NCBI GenBank assembly: GCA_009937385.1
Contig: JAACFL010000002.1
Location: 1 to 32,818 of the forward strand
DNA length: 32,818 nt
Direction of reading: 5' to 3'
Origin: Gammaproteobacteria bacterium
GTDB taxonomy: Bacteria > Pseudomonadota > Gammaproteobacteria > QNFN01
Below are positions 17,533-25,543 of the stretch, one piece after another. Numbering within the stretch: the stretch's first letter is position 1; each line of letters starts with the position of its first letter. The position numbers were made by a program, and so were the translations under genes. The notes beneath the pieces are model-generated. The model was given only the letters and a program-made list of their open reading frames with translations. It was not told the origin of the DNA and did not search any database.

Positions 17533-17943
17533 CTACTCTCCCTCCAGCCAGGCACCGTACCCCCGAAACAGCACCTTGACGTCTTCCCGACCGGCGATGC
17601 GCAGGGCCATGTGGGCCTTCGATGAAAGCATGCCGGTATCGCAGTAGAGAACGACGGGACGGTCGTCCGGGATCTCGCCACGGCGCGTCAGGATCTGTCG
17701 CCACTCGATGTTGATCGCCCCGGGGATGTGACCGGCCGCGAAGCGCTCCGGGCTGCGGGTGTCGATGAAAAGCACGCCGCCGAGTTCGACCGAGGCGAGT
17801 TGTCCTGCGGTGATCGTGCCGTCGGTGTACTGAGCGAAATCGAGGTACTCCTGGAGCGCGGCGATCTCCCGGGAGTCGTCCGCCACTCCGGCACCCGGCA
17901 ACAGAGAGGCCAGCAGCACGGAGACCGGAAGAATCCGTTTCAT
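17533..17943 (-). CDS. Exported single-domain rhodanese-like sulfurtransferase
   Basis: Signal peptide, FIDTRSPERFAAGHIPGAINI, active-site loop VLYCDTGMLS and a GYGAW C-terminus. Confidence 0.9.
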   Translation of the reverse strand: MKRILPVSVLLASLLPGAGVADDSREIAALQEYLDFAQYTDGTITAGQLASVELGGVLFIDTRSPERFAAGHIPGAINIEWRQILTRRGEIPDDRPVVLYCDTGMLSSKAHMALRIAGREDVKVLFRGYGAWLEGE

Positions 17944-18028
17944 CGTGCTGCTCTCAGTCCACCAAGCGTGTTTATCCGTCTGGACAGGCCGAGGTGGCGG
18001 CCGTGAGAAAGGCGTGGTGCGCCCGTGA

Positions 18029-18220
18029 TCAGTCCGTCGTACGGCGCTGTTCGGCTTTCAGCATGGCCTCGTTTAGATTCGACTGCGCGCGGTCCATGGT
18101 CTTCTCGGCCTGCTCCGCTTCCTGGGCCTTGAGTGTGGCCACGGTCGCGGCGGTGGTCGCGGTCTCCGCGCCGCATGCCGTGAGACCGAGAGCCAACGCC
18201 GCACAGATTAGAAGTCTCAT
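18029..18220 (-). CDS. Small lipoprotein (63 aa)
   Basis: MRLLICAALALGLTAC lipobox, strong AGGAGG SD, helical mature part; true start lies inside the ORF-track frame. Confidence 0.75.
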   Translation of the reverse strand: MRLLICAALALGLTACGAETATTAATVATLKAQEAEQAEKTMDRAQSNLNEAMLKAEQRRTTD

Positions 18221-18278
18221 CCCATACCTCCTGGAGTCATGCTGTGGCGGGCGCGTGACCGGAGGCCCGCGGAAACGG

Positions 18279-18554
18279 TCACATGCCGATCGAGAACATC
18301 TCGTCGAGGTCGTGGCGCGAAAAGGCGCGAAAGGACAGCATCGACTCGGTGTGGGTGATGCCCTCGAGCTTGACCATGTCGTGGGTGACCAGGTGGGCGA
18401 GGGCCTCGTTGTTCTCGACGCGCACGACCGCCACCAGGTCGTAGCGTCCGCTGACCGAGTAGACCTCGCTGATCCCGGACAGGTCGGCGAGTTGCTGGGC
18501 GAGATCGCCGATGTGGTGGCGGTCGGCATTGATCAGGATGATCGCGGTAACCAT
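18279..18554 (-). CDS. Stand-alone Lrp/AsnC ligand-binding (RAM) domain protein without HTH
   Basis: MVTAIILI...ISEVYSVSGRYDLVAVVRV...GITHTESML; 91 aa; GGAG SD. Confidence 0.88.
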   Translation of the reverse strand: MVTAIILINADRHHIGDLAQQLADLSGISEVYSVSGRYDLVAVVRVENNEALAHLVTHDMVKLEGITHTESMLSFRAFSRHDLDEMFSIGM

Positions 18555-18575
18555 CGCGGGTCTCCGTTGCGTTAA

Positions 18576-21119
18576 TCAGTGAATCGATTTCGGGCCGTTG
18601 CCCACGGTCTTTGGCTCGGGTGTGGCTTCGCCGACGATCGGTACCGGCGGCTCCTCGCCGTGCCGGTAGAGCGCCTGGCCCCAGGGAGATTCGATGTGCC
18701 ACTTGAGAAGGTCGAGGGCGCTCTGTGGACGGGAGATGTAGAAGCCCTGCGCGGTGTCGCAGCCCATCTCGATCAGCAGATCGATGGTCTCCTGGCTGTC
18801 GACGCCTTCGGCGATAACCTCGAGACCGAGACTGTGCGCGAGGTCGATCGTCGCCTTGACGATGGCGCGGTCCTCGGCGTTGGAGTCGAGATTGAGCACG
18901 AAGGACTTGTCGATCTTCACCTCGTCCACGGGCAGCCGTTTGAGGTAGGACATCGACGAGTAGCCGGTGCCGAAATCGTCGATCGACAGGCGGATGCCCA
19001 TGTCGCTGAGCTCGCGCAGCAGGTCCAGGACCCGCTCGGGATCGTCCATCATCGCGCTCTCGGTCACCTCCATCTCGATGCGCGACGGCTTGACGTTCCA
19101 CGCCTCGATCAGCTCGCGGATCTGGCCGAGCAAGTGGCGGTCCTGGAGATTCCACGCCGAGAGATTGATCGCGCTGACGATGTTCAGGCCCATCTCCTGC
19201 CAGCGGCTGACCTGGTCGAAGGCCGCGTTGAGCACCCACAGCGTCAGCGGACGGATCAGGCCGGTCTTTTCTGCCAGCGGCACGAACAGCTCGGGAGAGA
19301 TCAGGCCCATCTGCGGGTGATTCCAGCGGATCAGGCACTCGACGCTGGTCAGGCGGCGGTCGCGCAGCGATACCTTTGGCTGGAAGTTCAGCATCAGCTG
19401 GTCCTCGACGCTGAGCGCGGTGCGCAGGTCGCCGAGCAGTTTGAGGTCGCGCAGGCCGTGCTTGTTGAGGCTCGGATCGTAGACCGAGAATTCCATGCGC
19501 GTGCGGCGCACCGAGTGCAGCGCCACGTCGGCATGGCGCATCAGGGTATCGGCGTCGATGCCGTGTTCGGGGAACAGCGTGATCCCGAGCTGCGCCTTCA
19601 TGTGCAGCGGGTGACCGTCGAGGTAGAAGGTGCGGTCGAGGGCGTCGTGGACCTGGTGGGCCATCTCCTCGGCACTGGCACGGTCGCAGCTGGTCAGCAC
19701 GACGACGAAGACGTCGTCGCCGCTGCGCGCCACCATCTCGGTTTCGCCGACCCCCTTGACCAGCACGTCAGCCGCCTGCTGCAGGATCATGTCACCGAAG
19801 TAGTGACCCAGGGTGTTGTTGATCTCACGGATGCGGTCCAGGCCGACCATCAGCAACGCGAAGGACGCACTCTCTTTCTGGCTCTCGGTGATGACCTGGT
19901 CGAGGCGGTCGAAAAGCAGGTTGCGGTTCGGCAGCCCGGTCATGTCGTCGTAGTGGGCGAGGTACTCGAGTTCGGCGGTGCGCGAGCGGATGCGCTCCTC
20001 CAGCTCGTCGCCGTAGCGACCGAGGGCCTCCTCGGCCTCGCGACGTTCGTGGTTCTCGTCGCGCAGACGCTGTTCGGAGGTGACCAGGCGGCGGTTCAGG
20101 TAGAGGGTGTAGGCCGTCGTTGTGATCATCATCGCCAGCGCGATCGCGGCGAGCACCAGCCAGTGGCCGTGGTCGTCGATCAGGCTCGCCAGCGTGACAC
20201 GGTCGAACCCTGCGTAGGGCGGCGCACCGATGGTGCGCAGCAGCTCGTGCACCGGCTGGTAGTCAAGCGGGGTGTTCCACTCGATCGCCGCGTGGGTCAT
20301 GTCCGAGTCGGGATCGATGTCGAGCAGCGCGACCACGACCTGGCGTGCCAGCGTGTCGGGTGTATGGCGCAGCTTGGCCAGCGGCCACTCGGGGTAGAGC
20401 GCGGTGCTGTGCGCGACCGGGAAGAACGCGCTCTGACGGGGCTCGATGAACTTGAACTGCTCACGTTGCAGGTTGTCGTTGGCGCTCATCTGCTGCAGCA
20501 AGCCGGCGGGGAGCACGCCGGCGTCGGCGCGCCCCTCGAGCACTGCGTCGATCACCTCCCAGGTGTCGAATGCGGTGAAAAGGGTGCTGTAGTCGTCGTT
20601 GGCCACCAGCCCGGCTTTGCGCAGGGCATGCTCGGCCAGCCGCCAACCCGAGAACGAGTGCTCGTCCAGCGCCGCGATGCTGCCACCCTCGAGATCCTCG
20701 AAGTGACTCAGGTCGATCCGGTCGCTGCGGGTAAACAGCGTCGCGGAGAGCATGTTCAGGGCATGGCCATCGATCTTCGAGATCCTGGTCGCGATGCGCG
20801 TGATGCCGTTTTCGACTTCCAGTTCGACGTAGAGGCCGGGGTCGGTGATCACGAAGTCGAGGCTGGCAGCGCCTGTGTCCACGCCGCTCAGGGTGTTGCT
20901 GCGGGTCAGCGGGACCAGTTCGAAGTGGTAGTTGGGGAGGTGGCGGTTGAGGTGCCAGATGACTGGAGACCAGCGTTCGAGTTCGCGATCCGGGTTGCCC
21001 TGGAGCTGAACGCCGATGACCACGTCACGGTGGTCGCTCCAGCTCGCTGTCGCCGGCACCAGGCAGGCCAGCAGCAGGCACAGCAGTCGCGGCAGCTGTC
21101 CCAGCAGCGAACGCATCAT
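18576..21119 (-). CDS. Membrane c-di-GMP phosphodiesterase: periplasmic PBP-like (phosphonate-binding / TtrS-type) sensor, TM, degenerate GGDEF and EAL domains
   Basis: Signal peptide; STALYPEWPLA and WNTPLDYQPVHELL sensor motifs; GGDEF position reads GDDVF. EAL domain has ECLIRW, INLS, EVTES, DDFGTGYSS, KID, EGV and QG. Confidence 0.9.
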   Translation of the reverse strand: MMRSLLGQLPRLLCLLLACLVPATASWSDHRDVVIGVQLQGNPDRELERWSPVIWHLNRHLPNYHFELVPLTRSNTLSGVDTGAASLDFVITDPGLYVELEVENGITRIATRISKIDGHALNMLSATLFTRSDRIDLSHFEDLEGGSIAALDEHSFSGWRLAEHALRKAGLVANDDYSTLFTAFDTWEVIDAVLEGRADAGVLPAGLLQQMSANDNLQREQFKFIEPRQSAFFPVAHSTALYPEWPLAKLRHTPDTLARQVVVALLDIDPDSDMTHAAIEWNTPLDYQPVHELLRTIGAPPYAGFDRVTLASLIDDHGHWLVLAAIALAMMITTTAYTLYLNRRLVTSEQRLRDENHERREAEEALGRYGDELEERIRSRTAELEYLAHYDDMTGLPNRNLLFDRLDQVITESQKESASFALLMVGLDRIREINNTLGHYFGDMILQQAADVLVKGVGETEMVARSGDDVFVVVLTSCDRASAEEMAHQVHDALDRTFYLDGHPLHMKAQLGITLFPEHGIDADTLMRHADVALHSVRRTRMEFSVYDPSLNKHGLRDLKLLGDLRTALSVEDQLMLNFQPKVSLRDRRLTSVECLIRWNHPQMGLISPELFVPLAEKTGLIRPLTLWVLNAAFDQVSRWQEMGLNIVSAINLSAWNLQDRHLLGQIRELIEAWNVKPSRIEMEVTESAMMDDPERVLDLLRELSDMGIRLSIDDFGTGYSSMSYLKRLPVDEVKIDKSFVLNLDSNAEDRAIVKATIDLAHSLGLEVIAEGVDSQETIDLLIEMGCDTAQGFYISRPQSALDLLKWHIESPWGQALYRHGEEPPVPIVGEATPEPKTVGNGPKSIH

Positions 21120-23290
21120 GCCGCAGGCTCCACACGGTTACGGCCACCGTGTTTTGCTTTCAGCAGCGCCTCGTCGGCACGGCGCACCATCTCCACAGGG
21201 GACTGGATCGCCGGGTCGGGATAGGCGGCTGCCCCGATGCTGATGGTCACGCGCTCGCGGTCGAGCTGTGCGACCGTGGTGCCGATCAGGTTCTTGCGTA
21301 CCTTCTCGGCGGCGGTCATCGCCTGTTCGAGGTTGGTCTGCGGCAGCGCGACGGCGAAGGTGCTCTCACCGAAGCGGGCGACCAGGTCGGTCTTGCGAAC
21401 CGCCTTGTTCAGCACGCCGGCGACCGTCGTCAGCACCACGTCGGCCATGTGGTAGCCGAAGCGGTCGCTGAAGGCCCGGAAGTGGTCGATGTCGACCATC
21501 AGCAGCGAGAGATCGGTGCCGTAGCGCTGCGCATCGTTGAAGTGGGCTTCCAGCTTGTCGGTGAAATGGCCACGGTTGGCGGTGTTGGTCAGCGGATCGC
21601 GGGTCAGGAGGTCATCGATCCGGCGCTGCGAGGCGGCGTCGTTCAGGATGATCGCGACCTGGCGGGCCAGGTAGTCGAGCAGCACGCGCTCGTCGTCTGG
21701 CGTGGGCTTGGCGAACCCGAGCAGCAGCAGACCGAGCAGTTCGCCGCGGTAGAGCAGCGGGTAGTAGGCGAGGTGGCGCGGCATGACGCTGCCTACCCCG
21801 AGGTCCAGGGCCAGCTCGGTGCCCTTGTCGCCGACGTAGACGGTGCGGCTCTCGCGTTCGAGCGCGACCTGGCCCGGCAAGCCTTCGCCGATCTTGAGCG
21901 ATTCGAGGCCGTCGAGATCGAGAGCGTGGCTGGCGTAGGGCGTCAGCCGGTTGCTCCCTTCCTCGAGCAGGTAGATGACGCCCAGCATGCCGTTCGAGAT
22001 CTCGATGACCTTGTCCAGCGTCCCCTGCAGCAGCTTGTCGGAACTCATCGACAGATCGACCAGCGAGGAGAGCGTGGTGTACTGGGTCAGGCGCCGATCG
22101 CGACCGACCACGGCCTCGGCCATCCGGTTGAAGCCCGCGCCGAGCCTCTCGAACTCGTCACGGGTGATGATCTCGGTGCGCACGTCGTGAGCACCTTCGG
22201 CGAAGGCGTTCTGCGCGGCCACGATGGCGCGCAGTGGGCGCACGGTGTCGCGGTAGGCGAGGTAGGCGATGACCAGCGAGAGCAGGATGCCCAGGGCGAT
22301 GAAGCCGTAGACATGGCGCGTGTTCCGCGCGATGTGTGTGGTGATCTTGTCGTCGCTGAGCAGCAGTGCGAGGCCGCCGACCGACTGGTAGTCGCCGTTG
22401 AGGATCGGCTCGGCCAGCACGAGATTGCGCTGCGAGTTGATCTCGAGCTGTCCACTGAAGACCTGGCCACCCTCGATGGCCCGGTCGAGCCTGGAGTCGA
22501 GCAGGCTGCCGGGTGGCAGCGGCTCGTCTGGCAACCCGGCCGTGGCGATGACCTGGTCGCCCTGGAGCAACGCGACGTAGGTCCTCTCGATGGTCAGCTG
22601 ATTCTGGATCTGTTGCAGCAGCAACTGGTTGCCGTGCAGCAGCTTCACCCCGATCAGGGCGCCCTGGTCACTGACCGGAACGACGATGATCTGGGCAAGG
22701 ACCAGTGGTGGCAGCTCGGCATAACGCTGGGGATCTTCGCTGACGAACAGCGCACGCGGCAGCAGCTCGGTGGTGATCAGGTTCTCGCGCAGCGTACCCA
22801 GGGCACGGCCCAGGCCACTGCCGAAGTTGTAGTGATTGCCCAGCTCGCCCCGGATCCGGCCGCGCACCACCTGGTCGCGATCGATCGCAAACCAGAGGTC
22901 GACGAAGCTGAAGCGTCGCGCGTTGCGTTCGAGCAGGCGGTACAGACCGGCCGCGTCACGCTGCTGGAGATAGAGCGTGGTGCGGTCGTTGTCGGCGTCC
23001 TGGACCAGCGCGATGCGCACGTCTTCCAGGGGCCGCTGGTAGGCATTCCAGGCACTGCGCAGGTTGGCCTCCAGCGCTTGCGCGGTCTCGTTCTCAAGCG
23101 CGTCACGCATGGTCTGCTTGGTGATGGTCAGCAGGCCGGCCATCGGCACGAAGACGACGAGGGCGAAGGCAATCAGGGTCTTCCAGCCGAGCGACAGGTA
23201 GAAGCGCTGCGGCCCCCAGACGACGCGGAAGACGCTGTCTCGGCTGCTCACCTGGACCAGGACCCCTTGGTGGACTCCGCTGCAACGCAC
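21116..23290 (-). CDS. Membrane protein with periplasmic (Cache-like) sensor, HAMP, GAF and degenerate GGDEF domains
   Basis: Two TM helices, HAMP (DEFERLGAGFNRMA), GAF (GEGLPGQVA, PLLYRGELLGLL), DPLT and RKTDLVARFGESTF. Start uncertain; the GTG at 23251 is an alternative. Confidence 0.88.
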   Translation of the reverse strand: MRCSGVHQGVLVQVSSRDSVFRVVWGPQRFYLSLGWKTLIAFALVVFVPMAGLLTITKQTMRDALENETAQALEANLRSAWNAYQRPLEDVRIALVQDADNDRTTLYLQQRDAAGLYRLLERNARRFSFVDLWFAIDRDQVVRGRIRGELGNHYNFGSGLGRALGTLRENLITTELLPRALFVSEDPQRYAELPPLVLAQIIVVPVSDQGALIGVKLLHGNQLLLQQIQNQLTIERTYVALLQGDQVIATAGLPDEPLPPGSLLDSRLDRAIEGGQVFSGQLEINSQRNLVLAEPILNGDYQSVGGLALLLSDDKITTHIARNTRHVYGFIALGILLSLVIAYLAYRDTVRPLRAIVAAQNAFAEGAHDVRTEIITRDEFERLGAGFNRMAEAVVGRDRRLTQYTTLSSLVDLSMSSDKLLQGTLDKVIEISNGMLGVIYLLEEGSNRLTPYASHALDLDGLESLKIGEGLPGQVALERESRTVYVGDKGTELALDLGVGSVMPRHLAYYPLLYRGELLGLLLLGFAKPTPDDERVLLDYLARQVAIILNDAASQRRIDDLLTRDPLTNTANRGHFTDKLEAHFNDAQRYGTDLSLLMVDIDHFRAFSDRFGYHMADVVLTTVAGVLNKAVRKTDLVARFGESTFAVALPQTNLEQAMTAAEKVRKNLIGTTVAQLDRERVTISIGAAAYPDPAIQSPVEMVRRADEALLKAKHGGRNRVEPAA

Positions 23291-23371
23291 GCGAAGAATG
23301 CCCGACGTCAGAAGCGACGGGTAGAGATCATTCTAACTGCTGGTTTCGGATGCGGAAAGTCAGGTCGAACA

Positions 23372-23399
23372 TGCGGGGTGACCGGGCGGTCACCCCGCA
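23372..23399 (-). terminator. GC-rich hairpin downstream of the DUF2892 gene (terminator-like or RNA-stabilising)
   Basis: TGCGGGGTGACCG-GG-CGGTCACCCCGCA has perfect 13-bp arms; the U-tract is weak. Confidence 0.5.
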
Positions 23400-23424
23400 C
23401 GTCGAGGCGTCGCGGATGAACGGC

Positions 23425-23628
23425 TCAGGCGGCGCTCTTGGAGTCGTCGGCCTTGCAGGTGCGGATGCCGAACAGGGTGTAGGCCGGGCACCAGCGAAAC
23501 AGTCCGGTGGCCAGCGGTACCACCCCGATGTAACCCCAGACGGGGATGATGCCCATGACGGTGAGCGCGATCAGCGCGAGGCCGGCAACGATGCGCAGGA
23601 TCTGGTCGATACTACCAACGTTCTGCAT
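23425..23628 (-). CDS. DUF2892 (YgaP-like) small membrane protein
   Basis: MQNVGSIDQILRIVAG...PLATGLFRWCPAYTLFGIRTC; AGGAG SD; start reassigned to 23628. Confidence 0.9.
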   Translation of the reverse strand: MQNVGSIDQILRIVAGLALIALTVMGIIPVWGYIGVVPLATGLFRWCPAYTLFGIRTCKADDSKSAA

Positions 23629-23703
23629 GACGATTCTCCTGATTGGATGCACGGGGATGCGCCCCGGATAACGACCATTTGACCACGTGGCGCGGCCTGC
23701 TTC

Positions 23704-23719
23704 AGTAACCGGGGTCACA
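23704..23719 (-). promoter_or_regulatory. CRP/FNR-family box TGTGA-N6-TTACT
   Basis: The minus strand reads TGTGACCCCGGTTACT, 8/10 to TGTGA-N6-TCACA. It lies just after the Crp/Fnr stop and 75 nt upstream of the DUF2892 ATG. Confidence 0.55.
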
Positions 23720-23724
23720 CAGCC

Positions 23725-24393
23725 TCAGGAACCGGCGAGGTGGGCGAGGGCGTCGCGGTCGTGCAGTTCGATGCGGCCGCGGTGCAGGGCGACCAGGCCG
23801 CGGTGCTCGAAATCCTTGAGCAGGCGGCTGACCACCTCGCGGGCCGTACCGAGTTCGGTCGCGAGTTCCTGATGGGTGGCGTTGACCATGCCGTCACGGT
23901 CGGCCCCGTCGCGCAGGCGGGCGGCGAGGCGCAGGTCCATCCGCTCGAAAGCAACCTCCTCGACGAGCGTGATCAGGTCGGCGATGCGCCGGGCGTAGAC
24001 GGCGAAGACGAACTGGCGGAAACCGGTCGACCCTGCCAACAGCGCCTGGAACAGCGCGCCGGGCAGCGCGATGGCGCGCACCTCGGTCTCGGTGACGCCC
24101 TCGGCCGGGTAGCGCTCGCCGGCGAGAAGGCACGACGTGGTCAGGATGCAGGTCTGCCCGTCGCCGACGCGGTAGAGGGTGATCTCGCGGCCGTTGCTCG
24201 AGGTCTTCTGCACGCGCACCGAACCGTCGAGCACCAGCAGGTAGTTGGTGCAGGCGTCGCCGTCGTGGAACAGCGTGATCCCGGCCGGCAGCGTGACCGG
24301 GTGCGCCTCGGCGACGAGTCGATCGCGCGCGTCGGGCTCGAGCGCCGCGAGCTTCGGGAAGGCGTCGAGCCACGCGGCCGCGTCGTGCGGCAT
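23725..24393 (-). CDS. Crp/Fnr family transcriptional regulator
   Basis: cNMP-like domain (LFHDGD, GSVRV, GREITLYRV) and HTH THQELATELGTAREVVSRLLK; start reassigned to 24393. Confidence 0.92.
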   Translation of the reverse strand: MPHDAAAWLDAFPKLAALEPDARDRLVAEAHPVTLPAGITLFHDGDACTNYLLVLDGSVRVQKTSSNGREITLYRVGDGQTCILTTSCLLAGERYPAEGVTETEVRAIALPGALFQALLAGSTGFRQFVFAVYARRIADLITLVEEVAFERMDLRLAARLRDGADRDGMVNATHQELATELGTAREVVSRLLKDFEHRGLVALHRGRIELHDRDALAHLAGS

Positions 24394-24403
24394 GCCGGGC
24401 TGG

Positions 24404-25543
24404 TCAGGCGGCGGATTCGCCACGTTGGCTCGCGGCGAATCGCTGTTGCAGGTCGAGGCGCTTGAGGTAGGCATCCCTTGCGATCTGCACGTCCTCGAGG
24501 AACAGCGGCAACTCGTCGAAATGCAGAGCCTGGGGACCGTCCACCAGCGCCTTGCTCGGCTCGGGGTGGAAGTCAACCAGCACCATGTTGGCCCCGGCGA
24601 TCACCCCCTGCACCGTGGCATGCATGACGTCGAGGATGCCGTCGGGATCGGCGTCACGGGTGCCCACCGAGTGCGATGGGTCGACGCAGATCGGCATGCG
24701 TGTGAAGCGCTTGACCACCGGCACGTGGGTGAAGTCGACGAAGTTGCGGTGCGGGTCGCCGAGGTTGGACTTCATGCCGCGCAGGCAGAAGATCACGCGC
24801 TGGTTGCCCTCGCTGGCGAGGTACTCGGCAGCGTTCAGCGACTCCTCGAGGGTGATGCCGAAGCCGCGCTTGAGCAGGACCGGGTAGTCGCTCTGGCGTC
24901 CGACCTGCTTGAGCAGCTCGAAGTTCTGGATGTTGCGCGTGCCGATCTGCAGCATCACGCCGACCGGGTCGCCCGCCTCCTGCAGGGCCTCGTGGATCTC
25001 CACGACGTGGTCCTCGTGGGTGACCTCCATGGCGACCACCTGCATGCCGTACTTGCCGGCCAGCTCGAAGACGTAAGGCAGGCAGCTCTTGCCGTGGCCC
25101 TGGAACGAGTAGGGATTGGTGCGCGGCTTGTAGGCGCCCATGCGCGTGCAGACCTGGCCGTGGTCGCGCAGCACCGCGAGCATGCGCTCGACGTGCTCCG
25201 GGGTGTCGACGGCGCACAGCCCGGCGAACACCTGCAGCGTGTCCTGGCCGAAGCGCACGCCGCGATATTCCCAGGAGGTCGGGCGGCGATCGTTCTTGTG
25301 CCGGCCCAGCACGCGGTACTCGCGTGACACCCGGACCGCGCGCTCCACGCCTGGCAGGCTCGCCATGTCATCGAGGTCGAGCAGTGCGGTGTCGCCGATC
25401 AGGTAGACCTCGGTGACCATCTGCTGGGCCCCCTGCACGTGATGTACGCGCGCCTGGATGTTGGGCAGGTTGGCGAGGTGTTCCATCAGCTCGGCGTACG
25501 GTGTGCTGCCCGGCTCGAGGTTGGAGTCGAGGATCAGGATCAT
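24404..25543 (-). CDS. 3-deoxy-7-phosphoheptulonate (DAHP) synthase, type I-beta with N-terminal regulatory domain
   Basis: AGLCAVD, GAYKPRTNPYSFQG, QIGTRNIQNFELL, PVLLKRG, VDPSH and ALVDGPQAL; the ATG at 25543 overlaps the aguB stop. Confidence 0.9.
   Translation of the reverse strand: MILILDSNLEPGSTPYAELMEHLANLPNIQARVHHVQGAQQMVTEVYLIGDTALLDLDDMASLPGVERAVRVSREYRVLGRHKNDRRPTSWEYRGVRFGQDTLQVFAGLCAVDTPEHVERMLAVLRDHGQVCTRMGAYKPRTNPYSFQGHGKSCLPYVFELAGKYGMQVVAMEVTHEDHVVEIHEALQEAGDPVGVMLQIGTRNIQNFELLKQVGRQSDYPVLLKRGFGITLEESLNAAEYLASEGNQRVIFCLRGMKSNLGDPHRNFVDFTHVPVVKRFTRMPICVDPSHSVGTRDADPDGILDVMHATVQGVIAGANMVLVDFHPEPSKALVDGPQALHFDELPLFLEDVQIARDAYLKRLDLQQRFAASQRGESAA

Noticed and set aside
18255-18282. 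GTGACCG/CGGTCAC inverted repeat after the Lrp-domain gene
   Set aside because: Only 7-bp arms with a 14-nt loop in GC-rich DNA; the spacing is wrong for a CRP box and there is no U-tract.
18579-23419. Very long plus-strand ORFs (881 aa and 756 aa) opposite the c-di-GMP genes
   Set aside because: These are antisense shadows produced by GC-rich codon bias; they have no motifs, while the minus-strand proteins have clear domains.
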